Below, piece after piece: positions 38,712-48,464 of a DNA stretch of 51,389 bases. The notes under the pieces were generated by a model. That model saw only the letters and a list, made by a program, of their open reading frames with translations. It made no database searches and was not told where the DNA came from. Both the position numbers and the translations under genes were made by a program. The first letter of the stretch is position 1, and every line of letters begins with the position of its first letter. Origin of the DNA: an uncultured Salinivenus sp. (GTDB taxonomy: Bacteria > Bacteroidota > Rhodothermia > Rhodothermales > Salinibacteraceae); the NCBI GenBank assembly GCA_964384855.1, contig CAYLMT010000001.1, positions 1 through 51,389 on the forward strand, in the 5' to 3' direction.

Positions 38712-40178
38712 TTATCCGAGCTCGTCGGCGGCCCTGCGCATGCGGCGGAGACAGGCTTCCTTGCCCACGGTCGCCAGGAGTCCGAAGACCCCGGGACCAT
38801 AGGACCGCCCACTCACGGCGAGACGCGAGGGGTGAATGATCGCCCCTGCCCCCACGTCCTTCTCGTCGGCCAGGTCACGGAGCTCAGTTTCCACGGTGTC
38901 CGTGTCGAACGTGTCGACCTCCTCCAGCCGCTCGGCGTAGGCACGCAGGAGATCGGCGGACTCGTCTTTCCACCGCTTTTCCACGCCCGCCTCTTCGTAC
39001 TCCTCCGGGTCTTCGAAAAAGTACCGGTTTTCGGTGACCACTTCCGGAACCACCTGAATCCGGTCCTGCACCAACTCGCAGATCGTCCGGAGGCGATCAT
39101 CGCTCACTTCGTAGCCTTCCGCCTCCACGTAGGGACGGGCCTTCTCCGTGAGTTCATCGACTGAGAGGTCGCGGACATAGTGTTCGTTGACCCAGCGCAG
39201 CTTGTCCAGGTCGAACTGCACGCCGCTGGCGCCCACGCGGTCGAGACTGAACGCGTCGACCATCTCGTCGAGGGAAAAGAGCTCCTCCTCTGTACCGGGA
39301 CTCCAGCCCAGGAGCGCAAGGAAGTTGAGAAGCGCCTCCGGCTCGTAGCCGGCCTCCCGGTAGTCCGTGACGTAGACCGGAATGCCGAGCTCATTGGCAT
39401 CTCGCTTCGAGAGCTTTCCGCCGTTCGGACTCAGGATGAGCGGCAGGTGTGCAAAGGTGGGCGGCTCCCATCCCAGGGCGTCGTACATGAGCACGTGCTT
39501 CGGGGTCGACGAGAGCCACTCCTCACCCCGAATGACGTGCGAGATGTCCATGAGGTGATCGTCGACGATGTTGGCCAGGTGATAGGTGGGCATGCCGTCG
39601 GACTTCATCAACACCTGGTCGTCAATCTCGGCGGTGTCGAAGGAAACGGTCCCTCGAATTGCGTCCTCGACCTGGACGGAGTCCTGACGCGGGACCTTGA
39701 GCCGAATGACCGCATTGTCGTTTTCCTCGCGGAGCCGCTCCACCTCGTCGTCGGACAGCGTTAACGAGTTGCGCATCTGCCGACGCGTGGAGCCGTCGTA
39801 TGCTCCGTGTGCCTCCCGCAGTTCTTCGAGTTCCTCTTCCGTATCAAAGGCGTAGTATGCCCGACCGGCCTCGACGAGCTTCCGGGCATACTCGTGGTAG
39901 CGCTCGGTGCGTTCGGACTGCCGGTATGGGCCATAATTCCCGCCCTGCTCGGGCCCTTCGTCGTGCTCGAGGCCCGTCCACGCGAGGGCCTCCTGAATGT
40001 CGGCCTCGGCCCCCGGCTCGTAGCGGGCCTGATCGGTATCTTCAATCCGCAACACAAAATCACCATCGTGCTTGCGGGCGAACAAGTAATTGTAGAGGGC
40101 CGTCCGCAGCCCGCCGATGTGCAAGCGGCCGGTCGGACTCGGGGCAAAGCGGACACGAACAGAAGTGTCGGAAGACAT
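38712..40178 (-). CDS. gltX: Glutamate--tRNA ligase
   Basis: [14 protein letters not shown] (HIGH equivalent), [21 protein letters not shown] (KMSKS equivalent). ATG at 40178. Confidence 0.97.
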   Translation of the reverse strand: MSSDTSVRVRFAPSPTGRLHIGGLRTALYNYLFARKHDGDFVLRIEDTDQARYEPGAEADIQEALAWTGLEHDEGPEQGGNYGPYRQSERTERYHEYARKLVEAGRAYYAFDTEEELEELREAHGAYDGSTRRQMRNSLTLSDDEVERLREENDNAVIRLKVPRQDSVQVEDAIRGTVSFDTAEIDDQVLMKSDGMPTYHLANIVDDHLMDISHVIRGEEWLSSTPKHVLMYDALGWEPPTFAHLPLILSPNGGKLSKRDANELGIPVYVTDYREAGYEPEALLNFLALLGWSPGTEEELFSLDEMVDAFSLDRVGASGVQFDLDKLRWVNEHYVRDLSVDELTEKARPYVEAEGYEVSDDRLRTICELVQDRIQVVPEVVTENRYFFEDPEEYEEAGVEKRWKDESADLLRAYAERLEEVDTFDTDTVETELRDLADEKDVGAGAIIHPSRLAVSGRSYGPGVFGLLATVGKEACLRRMRRAADELG

Positions 40179-40531
40179 TGAGCGTGGAGACGTTGCGTTC
40201 AGGAAGAGGAATCGAGGCAAAATCTAACGCCGACCGTCCCGACGTGTCGGACGAACGAGACACCGGAGCCCGATCAGCGAAGCGCACAAATTGTAAATTA
40301 CGCCCCTTCCCCGGTTCCTCCGTAGCCTGGAATTGGCGGGGGATTTGCGAAGCTCGTTCCCCGAATCGCTCCATTCTAGACCCGACGGCGGTGAGCATGA
40401 GCGAGTCGCTCAATCTGATCTCGGATCAACCCCACGTGCAATCCTCGATTCTCGGTTGCAATCTGTGGGACTGATTCGCTAATATACAGGTGTTTTCCCG
40501 AAACCCAAACACTAGACGAGTGGACAGTTCT

Positions 40532-42556
40532 GTGCGTTCTTGCTTTCTCCGATTCACACCGCGCTTAGGGCTCACGATTGGTCTACCCCTCGTTGCCGCC
40601 CTTGGGATCGCCTGCAGCGCCGGCTCGGAATCCACCGGGGAGAGTGCCACACCCCCACCCTCCGACGACACGATCGTCGCTCGCTACGCCGATGCGAGCA
40701 TCACGCTGGCCGAATTGGACTCGGCGTTCGTTGACGCGGCGGGCAGCCCCGAGGCTGCCGCCGATAGCTCCCTCCGGGCCTACCGGGACTTCCTCAATCG
40801 GTATCTGAATTATCGCCTGAAAGTGCGTGCCGCCCTCGATGCTGGACTGGACACTCTCCCGAGCGTCCGCCAGGACATCCACAACTACCGGCAGCAACGG
40901 GCCCGACCCCTGCTCCTGCGCGAAGAGGTGTACGAACCCCTCGCCCGCACCCTGTACGAACGCCGGTCGCAGGCCGTGGATGTGAGCCACATTCTGATCC
41001 GCTCCACCTCGTCCAACGACACCCTCGCGGCCTACCGCACGGCTCAAGCGATTGCCGACTCGATCGAGCAGGGCGTGCCGTTTGGCGACCTGGCCGTCCG
41101 TAACTCCGACGACCCCGCGGCCCGAAAGGAGGGAAGTCGTGGCTACCGAGGCCGGCTCGGCTACCTCCGGGCTGGGCAGATTGTGGAGCCGTTTGAGGAC
41201 CGAATGTACACGCTGACGGCCGGCGAAACGAGCGACGTCTTTCGGAGCCAATACGGCTATCACATCCTCAAGGTGCACAATCGACGGCCCGCTGAGCCGC
41301 CGGTCGAACTCGCTCACGTCTTGCGTCGCCCACGGGGCGACACCGCCGCAACCCGCCACCTCCTCGATTCCCTTCGGACGAAGATTTTGAACGGGTCCCT
41401 CTCATTCGGCGCCGCGGCCCGGAATTTTTCTCACGATCAACAGTCGGCTTCGAAGGGAGGCGCCCTCGGCGAAGTCAACCCCCAGGCACTCCCTCCTCCC
41501 CTCCGCAGAACCGTGGCGACATTGGATTCGGTGGGCGCAATCTCGGAGGTCGTTCAAAGCCGTTTCGGGTATCACCTCCTCAAACTCACCGGTCGGCAGA
41601 AGCGACAGACCTTCGACAAGGCATACGACGAGCTCAAGGAGCGTATCGCCGGCCAACCCCGGGCGGAGCGGCGGAAGGCGGCCTTTGCCCGCACGATCCG
41701 CGCGGAAGTCGGAGCTAACGTGGACACCACCCGCCTCCTAGCAGCCGCTCGTGCCGCCTCGGTTGACTCCCTCGCCCGTCCCCTCCTTACGTTTACCGAC
41801 ACCCTGTCGGGCGCCGCTCCCCCGGCCGCCACCCTGGGCGACTCAAGCTACACCGTCGACCAGATGGCCCACCACCTCATGCAAACCGACGGTGGAGCCC
41901 AGACGACGATCGCGGACCTAATTGAGTCGTTTCTAACCGAGAAGGCCATCCAGTACGCCGCCACGCGCAGGGCCCAGAACGACCCGGCCATCGCCCGGGA
42001 GGTCGAGAAGTATCGGGACGGAACGCTCCTCTTCCGTTACATGCAAGACTCGGTCTGGACAGCAGCGGCCCGGGACACCGCAGGTCTGCGGGCAACCTAC
42101 CGTCAGAACCACGGGCAATACCAGTTTCCTGAACGCGTGCGGACCCTCGTCCTTCGCGCCCCCGCTGATTCACTGCTGCGTCCCTACGCCACGCTCTATG
42201 AACGAGACTCGTCACTCACGGATGTCCTCAATGCCGCCGCAACTGACACCCTCATTTCAACCGACACCGTGTACGTAACCAACCGCTCCGCCGACGTCTA
42301 CCAGCCGGTTCGCACCGCCGTCGACGGGAGGGCCATAGGCCCGACGGCCCAGGAGAACGAGTCGCTTTTTCTAATTCGTGACGCGCACCTTCCGCCGCGT
42401 CCCAAGCGCTTCGGGGAGGCCCGAAGCCGCGTCGTACAGGACCATCGGTCTCGCATCGAGCAGCGGATGTTACGCAGATTGCAGGCGCGATACGACGCCG
42501 AAACATTCCCGGAACGCCTCCGCCCGCCAATCAGTGACGATTCCTCCGCCCCTTAG
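40532..42556 (+). CDS. Parvulin/PpiC-type peptidylprolyl isomerase (SurA-like, two rotamase domains), probable lipoprotein
   Basis: GIA-C lipobox; rotamase motifs VSHILI..FGDLAVRNSDD..GRLG..SQYGYHIL and LAHVL..FGAAARNFSHD..KGGALG..SRFGYHLL. Start uncertain (GTG 40532 or 40490). Confidence 0.88.
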   Translation: MRSCFLRFTPRLGLTIGLPLVAALGIACSAGSESTGESATPPPSDDTIVARYADASITLAELDSAFVDAAGSPEAAADSSLRAYRDFLNRYLNYRLKVRAALDAGLDTLPSVRQDIHNYRQQRARPLLLREEVYEPLARTLYERRSQAVDVSHILIRSTSSNDTLAAYRTAQAIADSIEQGVPFGDLAVRNSDDPAARKEGSRGYRGRLGYLRAGQIVEPFEDRMYTLTAGETSDVFRSQYGYHILKVHNRRPAEPPVELAHVLRRPRGDTAATRHLLDSLRTKILNGSLSFGAAARNFSHDQQSASKGGALGEVNPQALPPPLRRTVATLDSVGAISEVVQSRFGYHLLKLTGRQKRQTFDKAYDELKERIAGQPRAERRKAAFARTIRAEVGANVDTTRLLAAARAASVDSLARPLLTFTDTLSGAAPPAATLGDSSYTVDQMAHHLMQTDGGAQTTIADLIESFLTEKAIQYAATRRAQNDPAIAREVEKYRDGTLLFRYMQDSVWTAAARDTAGLRATYRQNHGQYQFPERVRTLVLRAPADSLLRPYATLYERDSSLTDVLNAAATDTLISTDTVYVTNRSADVYQPVRTAVDGRAIGPTAQENESLFLIRDAHLPPRPKRFGEARSRVVQDHRSRIEQRMLRRLQARYDAETFPERLRPPISDDSSAP

Positions 42557-42578
42557 CTTTCCGGCTACTTCCTCGCCC

Positions 42579-43460
42579 ATGACGTTCACACTCCCACGCA
42601 TCGCTGAACTTCCCAGTGCCGTCTCCGCCATTCTTCTCCTCCTCTTGGTCACAGGCTTGGCCGGATGCCAGTCAGAGGCCCCGCCCAACTCCTTCGTTGC
42701 CCGAGTAGGGTCGCACTACCTCACCGAGGCCGACCTCAACCGAATGCTTGCCGGCATGGGCGCCGTTCGTGACTCGACCAAAGCCCGGCAGCAGGCGATT
42801 GACCAATGGGTCACCCGCACGCTCATGTACCGGGAAGCCGAGCGACTCAACCTCGGCTCCCGCGACGACGTCCAACGGCGGTTGCAGCGCCAACGACAGG
42901 CCGTTCTCGTATCGGCCCTGCGCACCCGATTCGAGGAGGAAGCTGACGTCCGCCCCTCTCCGGAAGAAGTGCGCACCTACTTTGAACGCCACAAGGAGCA
43001 ACTGCGCCTCCAGGAGCCGTACGTCCGCATCCAGTATCTGGCCACGTCGGACCGAGCGACGGCCCAAACTGTCCAGCAAGAACTGCGCACGCCCCCCGCA
43101 CCGCCCGACACCACCTGGGCTCGGCTCGTCACGGAGTACGCTACGGACACGACCCAAGCTCGGCAGTTGTCTCACAGCTTCGTTCCCCAGAGCCGACTCA
43201 ACCAGCAGCTACCTGTTCTTGCGGACCGGGTCGACGCCCTCCAGGAGGGAGAGACCACTCCGATCATACAAGACAATGGGCGCTACCATGTGCTCCGCCT
43301 CGACCGCCGGATTCCGGAAGGTACGCCCCCGGAGATCGACTGGATCGAGCCGGAAATCCGGCGTCGCCTCCGAATTCGCGCTCGGAAACAGATCCACGCA
43401 TCCGAGGTTCAACGCCTTCGCAACAGAGCTCAGGCCGACGGGGCCCTCGAACTACCTTAA
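42579..43460 (+). CDS. SurA/PrsA-like foldase lipoprotein with a degenerate rotamase domain
   Basis: LAG-C lipobox, VARVGSHYLT, PSPEEVRTYFERHKEQL, GETTPII..GRYHVLRL. Middle gene of the PPIase cluster. Confidence 0.8.
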   Translation: MTFTLPRIAELPSAVSAILLLLLVTGLAGCQSEAPPNSFVARVGSHYLTEADLNRMLAGMGAVRDSTKARQQAIDQWVTRTLMYREAERLNLGSRDDVQRRLQRQRQAVLVSALRTRFEEEADVRPSPEEVRTYFERHKEQLRLQEPYVRIQYLATSDRATAQTVQQELRTPPAPPDTTWARLVTEYATDTTQARQLSHSFVPQSRLNQQLPVLADRVDALQEGETTPIIQDNGRYHVLRLDRRIPEGTPPEIDWIEPEIRRRLRIRARKQIHASEVQRLRNRAQADGALELP

Positions 43461-43514
43461 CGCCTCCCACTGCGCCCCGTGGTTCATCGCCCTTCGAATA
43501 CGAGTCGTACTTGC

Positions 43515-44906
43515 ATGCGTCACTTTTGTCGCGTTCTTCCATCCTCTTTTAAATCCAGCGGAGGTGCACTGCTCGGAGCGTTCTTGCTCCTTGCGGGCCT
43601 GACTCCCGCTCCCGTCCACGCCCAGAACGCCCAGATGGTGGATCGCATCGCCGCCGTCGTGGGGGATGAGATTGTTCTCAAATCCGAGGTCGACCAACTC
43701 GTGCGCCGACAAACCCAACAGCAAAACGTCTCCTACTCCAACGACCTCTGGATGGAGGCCCTTCGGCAACTGGTCGACCAAAAGCTCTTGGCCGAGAAGG
43801 CTCGCCGCGATACCACCGTTACCGTCTCGGATCAGCAATTAAATAATCAGCTCGACCGGCGGATCGAACAATACGTTCAACGTGCAGGAAGCGAGGAGCG
43901 ACTGGAGCAGGCATACGGAAAGAGCATCCTCGAAATCAAAGAACAGTTCCGGGAGGACCTTCGGGGCCAGATTTTGTCCCAGCAGCTGCGGCAGCGTCGC
44001 ATGCAGAACATCGACATCACACCCAGTGAAGTTCGTCAGTGGTTTGAGGAAATTCCTCAGGACTCGCTGCCCCAGCTCCCTAAGACCGTCCGCCTCTCCC
44101 ACATCGTTCGGTACCCGAAGCCCACGGAAGAGGCCCGCCAGCAGGCCAAGTCCCTCATAACCTCCATTCGGGATTCCATCGTCAACGGCGGGGCGTCCTT
44201 TGAGGCCATGGCCCGCCAGTTTTCCGCCTCGGGCGCCGCCGGCACCTCGTCCGGCGCCCTCAACAACGTCAACCTCGACGACCTCGTCCCCGAGTTTGCT
44301 GCGGTCGCCTCTCGAACCCCCGTTGGTCAGCTGTCTCAGCCCTTTTACAACGACAGCCAAGACGGCTTCCACATCCTTCGGATCGACTCGAAAGACGGGA
44401 ATACGGTGAACCTCCACCACATCCTCATCAAACCCGACTCCCCCACCGGCGAACGGGCGAAGGAGTACCTGAGTGCCGTACGTGACACCCTCCTCAACAA
44501 CGAGGACATTCCCTTCGAACGTATGGCTCGCCGCCATTCTGAAGAGGAGCGCACGGCACAAAACGGCGGCCGCGTGACCGACCCAGAATCGGGTACGCGT
44601 GACCTCGTCCTCGACGCTCTTGGCCCCTCGTGGACCCGTACGATCCGGAACCTAGAGCCCGGAGAAATCAGCGAACCGTCCCGCGTGCAACTGCTGAATG
44701 GGGACGAAGCCTACCACATCGTCCTGCTCGAACGGCGCGTGCCAGCCCATCGCGCGAGCCTCGAGAAAGACTATGAGCGGATCCGACAGCTTGCACTCCA
44801 GGAAAAGCGTAGTCGAAAAATGCAGGAGTGGACCGACCAACTTCGGGAGGAAATCTATGTGGACATCCGCATCACCGAGTCGGAGTTGACGGCCATGCGC
44901 CGCTAG
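43515..44906 (+). CDS. surA: Periplasmic chaperone SurA-like peptidylprolyl isomerase
   Basis: Signal peptide ending VHA-Q, SurA N-terminal motif VDRIAAVVGDEIVLKSEV, ITPSEVR, two rotamase domains and C-terminal LREEIYVDIR. Confidence 0.85.
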   Translation: MRHFCRVLPSSFKSSGGALLGAFLLLAGLTPAPVHAQNAQMVDRIAAVVGDEIVLKSEVDQLVRRQTQQQNVSYSNDLWMEALRQLVDQKLLAEKARRDTTVTVSDQQLNNQLDRRIEQYVQRAGSEERLEQAYGKSILEIKEQFREDLRGQILSQQLRQRRMQNIDITPSEVRQWFEEIPQDSLPQLPKTVRLSHIVRYPKPTEEARQQAKSLITSIRDSIVNGGASFEAMARQFSASGAAGTSSGALNNVNLDDLVPEFAAVASRTPVGQLSQPFYNDSQDGFHILRIDSKDGNTVNLHHILIKPDSPTGERAKEYLSAVRDTLLNNEDIPFERMARRHSEEERTAQNGGRVTDPESGTRDLVLDALGPSWTRTIRNLEPGEISEPSRVQLLNGDEAYHIVLLERRVPAHRASLEKDYERIRQLALQEKRSRKMQEWTDQLREEIYVDIRITESELTAMRR

Positions 44907-44981
44907 GTCGTCTGTCCCTCGTCGCTACCCCCATGCCGGTCCGGTCGCCGATCTCCGCTCTGCTCCTGAGCCGCTTTCTCC

Positions 44982-45977
44982 ATGTCCCCTTCTCCGTCTT
45001 CCCCCCCGCAGGATCCCGAGACGCTCGACGACCTCAGCACGGCCTACGACCGCCTCCGGCAGGAGATTGGCAAGGTCATCGTGGGACAGGAGGACATCAT
45101 CGAGATGGTGGTGGTCTGCCTCATGGCCCGTGGACACACCCTCCTGATTGGGGTCCCCGGCCTCGCCAAAACTCTTCTTGTGCGCACCCTCGCCGGCGCC
45201 CTCGACCTGGAGTTTAGCCGCATCCAGTTCACTCCGGACCTCATGCCTAGCGACATTACGGGTACGGAGATCATTCAGGAGACCCACGATGGGCGTCACT
45301 TCGAGTTTGCGGCCGGGCCCATCTTCGCCAATGTCATCCTCGCAGACGAGATCAATCGCACACCCCCCAAAACACAGGCGGCCCTCCTGGAGGCAATGCA
45401 GGAGCAACACGTCACCGCCGCGGGTGAGACCCACACGCTGGATGAGCCGTTCTTCGTGCTCGCCACGCAAAACCCCATCGAGCAGGAAGGCACCTATCCC
45501 CTGCCCGAAGCCCAGTTGGACCGGTTCATGCTGAACCTCTGGCTCGACTACCCCTCGTTCGACGAGGAAACTGAGGTAGTCCGGAGCACCACCGCCGGCC
45601 CCCACCCGGACGTATCCCCGGTGATGAGTGCCGAGGAGCTGCAATCCTACCAGAAGTTCGTCCAACAAATCCCAGTGGCCGACAACGTCATCGAGTACGC
45701 CGTTCAGCTCGTCACCCGCACGCGCCCGAGCTCCGAGGCCGCTCCAGACTTCATTCAGAACTATCTGAGCTACGGCGCCGGCCCTCGTGCCTCTCAGTAT
45801 CTGGTGCTCGGGGCCAAGACCCTCTCCGCCCTCGACGGGCGCATGACCCCGGTGGAGGCCGACGTGCGACGAATGGCCGTGCCCGTGCTGCGACACCGCA
45901 TTGTCCCGAGCTTCAATGCGGAGGCGGACGACGTGTCGTCGGTCGACCTGATCGACCAACTCCTCGACGAATTGTAA
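44982..45977 (+). CDS. moxR: MoxR-family AAA+ ATPase
   Basis: GVPGLAKT (Walker A variant), RIQFTPDLMPSDITG, LADEINRTPPKTQAALLEAM, ATQNPIEQEGTYPLPEAQLDRF. Confidence 0.95.
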   Translation: MSPSPSSPPQDPETLDDLSTAYDRLRQEIGKVIVGQEDIIEMVVVCLMARGHTLLIGVPGLAKTLLVRTLAGALDLEFSRIQFTPDLMPSDITGTEIIQETHDGRHFEFAAGPIFANVILADEINRTPPKTQAALLEAMQEQHVTAAGETHTLDEPFFVLATQNPIEQEGTYPLPEAQLDRFMLNLWLDYPSFDEETEVVRSTTAGPHPDVSPVMSAEELQSYQKFVQQIPVADNVIEYAVQLVTRTRPSSEAAPDFIQNYLSYGAGPRASQYLVLGAKTLSALDGRMTPVEADVRRMAVPVLRHRIVPSFNAEADDVSSVDLIDQLLDEL

Positions 45978-46157
45978 CGGTATTTTTAAGGCTCTTCTCG
46001 GGACCGCGCTCTGGGTTGGCGAAAACTAGATTCCCGACTGCCGGTAGCATTTCGTGGGGCTGAGAGGCCCTCTGGGCTTTCTCTCGGCCGACGAGTGGCC
46101 TTCTTGCCGTTTGGGCTGAGGTTGCACTAACTCCCTCACGAAGCTGCCGGACGTGGA

Positions 46158-46928
46158 ATGGATGCCTCGCGGTACAGTCGGCTGACCCTCGTGGAGCGAA
46201 TCGACTTCTCCGAGGACTTGGCGGTGTTTCGCCTCCGTGCCGACGCCCCCGTCGACTTTACACCGGGGCAATACGCCACCATCGGGCTAATGGACGACGA
46301 CCGCGATCGCCCGCTTCTTCGCCCCTATTCGGTGGCCTCGGCCCCTGGCTCCACCGACCTGGAATTCTTCATCGAACGGGTCGACGAAGGAACCCTGACC
46401 CCGAAGCTCTGGGACCTGGAGCGGGGCGCGGACGTGTGGATGCGGGACAAAATCGTAGGTCGATTTACGCTTGATCCGAACCGCACTCATCACCTCATGG
46501 CGGCGACGGTGACCGGCGTGGGCCCGTACATCAGCATCATTCGCGATCAACTGCGGAAACTCCGTGACGGCATCCTGGACACGCCGGAGCCGATGCTGAT
46601 CCTGCACGGGGGAAGCCGGTCCTGGGAGTTGGGCACGTATCTCGACGAGCTCCGGTCGCTGGCCAAGCAGGTGGAATGGTTCGAGTATGTGCCGACCGTG
46701 AGTCGTCCCTGGGAAGACCCCGACTGGCACGGGGAATGCGGACGCGTGGAAGACGTGCTACGAAAGTATCTGGATGCCGCCTCGTTCGCTCCGTCCGACA
46801 CCGCTGCCTACACCTGTGGCCATCCACAGATGATTGATAAGGCTCAGGGTATTCTCCAGCGCGCGGGATTCGAAGACGATGCGATCCACGAAGAAAAGTA
46901 TTTCGTCGAGCGCAACGGAAGCGGATAG
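46158..46928 (+). CDS. fpr: Ferredoxin/flavodoxin--NADP+ reductase (bacterial FNR)
   Basis: FTPGQY, RPYSVAS (FAD-binding RxYS), GTLTPKL, TVTGVGPY, YTCGHPQMI, HEEKYF. Confidence 0.88.
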   Translation: MDASRYSRLTLVERIDFSEDLAVFRLRADAPVDFTPGQYATIGLMDDDRDRPLLRPYSVASAPGSTDLEFFIERVDEGTLTPKLWDLERGADVWMRDKIVGRFTLDPNRTHHLMAATVTGVGPYISIIRDQLRKLRDGILDTPEPMLILHGGSRSWELGTYLDELRSLAKQVEWFEYVPTVSRPWEDPDWHGECGRVEDVLRKYLDAASFAPSDTAAYTCGHPQMIDKAQGILQRAGFEDDAIHEEKYFVERNGSG

Positions 46929-47060
46929 ACCCCGCATATGGGGGACGCAGAGTCCCTCGCTGGGGAACCGTACACCGAACGGTAGATTTCTTTTTCGTCC
47001 ATCCAGGACGGAGAAAGCTCCCCCACCTGCCCCTCACCAGCCCCGTTTGGGGATTTTTCC

Positions 47061-47618
47061 ATGCTTGGTCGCCTAATTCTGCTCTTCTTGCTTACGCCCG
47101 CGGTGGAGTTGGCCCTCCTCATTCAGGTGGATCAACTCATCGGATTCTGGGCGACGATCGCCCTCATCATTGTGACCGGCATCGTGGGGAGTCACCTGGC
47201 CCGTCGCGAGGGACTCTCGACCTGGCGCCGCTTCAACCGCCGACTACAGGCCGGTGATCTACCCGGAGACGAACTCGCCGATGGCATTATTATTCTGGTG
47301 GCGGGGGCTCTCCTCATCACCCCCGGCATCCTGACCGACGTGATCGGATTCCTCGGACTTCTCCCGTTCACCCGCGCCCGACTCCGTAGCATGCTGATGC
47401 GGTGGTTTCAGCGCAAGGTGAAGCAGGGCACCATGCAGGTGCAATTCGGAATGTTTGGGGGCTCGTCCTCCCCCAATCCTGGAGGGCCGAATACTCCGCC
47501 GAATTCGTCCGGCAGAACCCGTCGGTCCGCCCCAAACGGAACCTGGAAAGGCCGTGCCCAGGACATTCCCAGCCACAAGGACGAGCCCCGAGGAAACGGA
47601 GACAATGCCGGGCCCTGA
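47061..47618 (+). CDS. fxsA: FxsA family membrane protein
   Basis: PAVELALLIQV..IGFWAT, ARREG, AGALLITPGILTDVIG..LLPFTR. Confidence 0.9.
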   Translation: MLGRLILLFLLTPAVELALLIQVDQLIGFWATIALIIVTGIVGSHLARREGLSTWRRFNRRLQAGDLPGDELADGIIILVAGALLITPGILTDVIGFLGLLPFTRARLRSMLMRWFQRKVKQGTMQVQFGMFGGSSSPNPGGPNTPPNSSGRTRRSAPNGTWKGRAQDIPSHKDEPRGNGDNAGP

Positions 47619-47660
47619 CCGCCCTCTTTCCCCCTCGGCGTCCATGCGAAGCGGCGGCCC

Positions 47661-48464
47661 CTAGCCGCCGTGCCCGTTCATCCGCACGTTCACGTCCCAG
47701 GCCTGGGCGAGCGAGGTAATGAGATCGCGCTCGGCCCGGGTGAGGTGTCCGTCGGCCCGAGCCACAGTGTGCAGATCGTCGAGAACCGTCAAGCGATGCG
47801 TGCTCGACAGGGCCTCTTTTAAGGCCTCTACCGAGTCATAAATGAGCTCCTCCCGGGGCTGCTCGGCATAGACCTGCAGAGCCCGGCGCACCACGTCCCG
47901 TAGTTCGTCCCTCGACTGTTCCGGCTGCCATTCTTGAAGCCGGTCCACCATCACGTCCACCGTGTCCGCCGAGAGGTCGTCGCCGTCACCGTGCCCGACG
48001 AGGACGTAGAGAAAAGCCAGTTCGTGGATGAGCCCCCAGTCCTCCCCCCGGCGCTGAACGACCGCTGAGGTATTTTCGAGGAGATCTTCGCTGAGTGCCT
48101 TTAATGACCACGTCTCTGCGAGGGTGTGAATGAGCCCCTGCTCCCGCTCCAGGAGCACCCCATCGGCCTCTGCAATCCGGATCAGGTGCCGGATCGTATC
48201 GCGCCGTTCCTTGGGTGAGAGCTCAGACTTGAGCTCCTGCACCGCGCGCCGAAACTCCACCTTAGCCTCCCGCTCGGTGAAGACGGTGGCGGCTTCCACG
48301 ATCAAATCCTGAATGGCGGGCTCGTCCATCGACTCCCATGCTTGAAGGGCGTCTTTGAGGACCCTGAGCTCTTCGTCGCTGAGTTCATGGTCGGTGCCAT
48401 AGGCGAGAGCAATGTACACGATGGCGAGGTCATGCGTCGTCGTCCAGTCGTCGGAGGCGTTCAT
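47661..48464 (-). CDS. TerB-like protein with two tandem TerB domains
   Basis: Two homologous halves, each with a D..LSxE/D motif and IAEADG..xxE / VARADG..RAE. ATG at 48464. Confidence 0.8.
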   Translation of the reverse strand: MNASDDWTTTHDLAIVYIALAYGTDHELSDEELRVLKDALQAWESMDEPAIQDLIVEAATVFTEREAKVEFRRAVQELKSELSPKERRDTIRHLIRIAEADGVLLEREQGLIHTLAETWSLKALSEDLLENTSAVVQRRGEDWGLIHELAFLYVLVGHGDGDDLSADTVDVMVDRLQEWQPEQSRDELRDVVRRALQVYAEQPREELIYDSVEALKEALSSTHRLTVLDDLHTVARADGHLTRAERDLITSLAQAWDVNVRMNGHGG

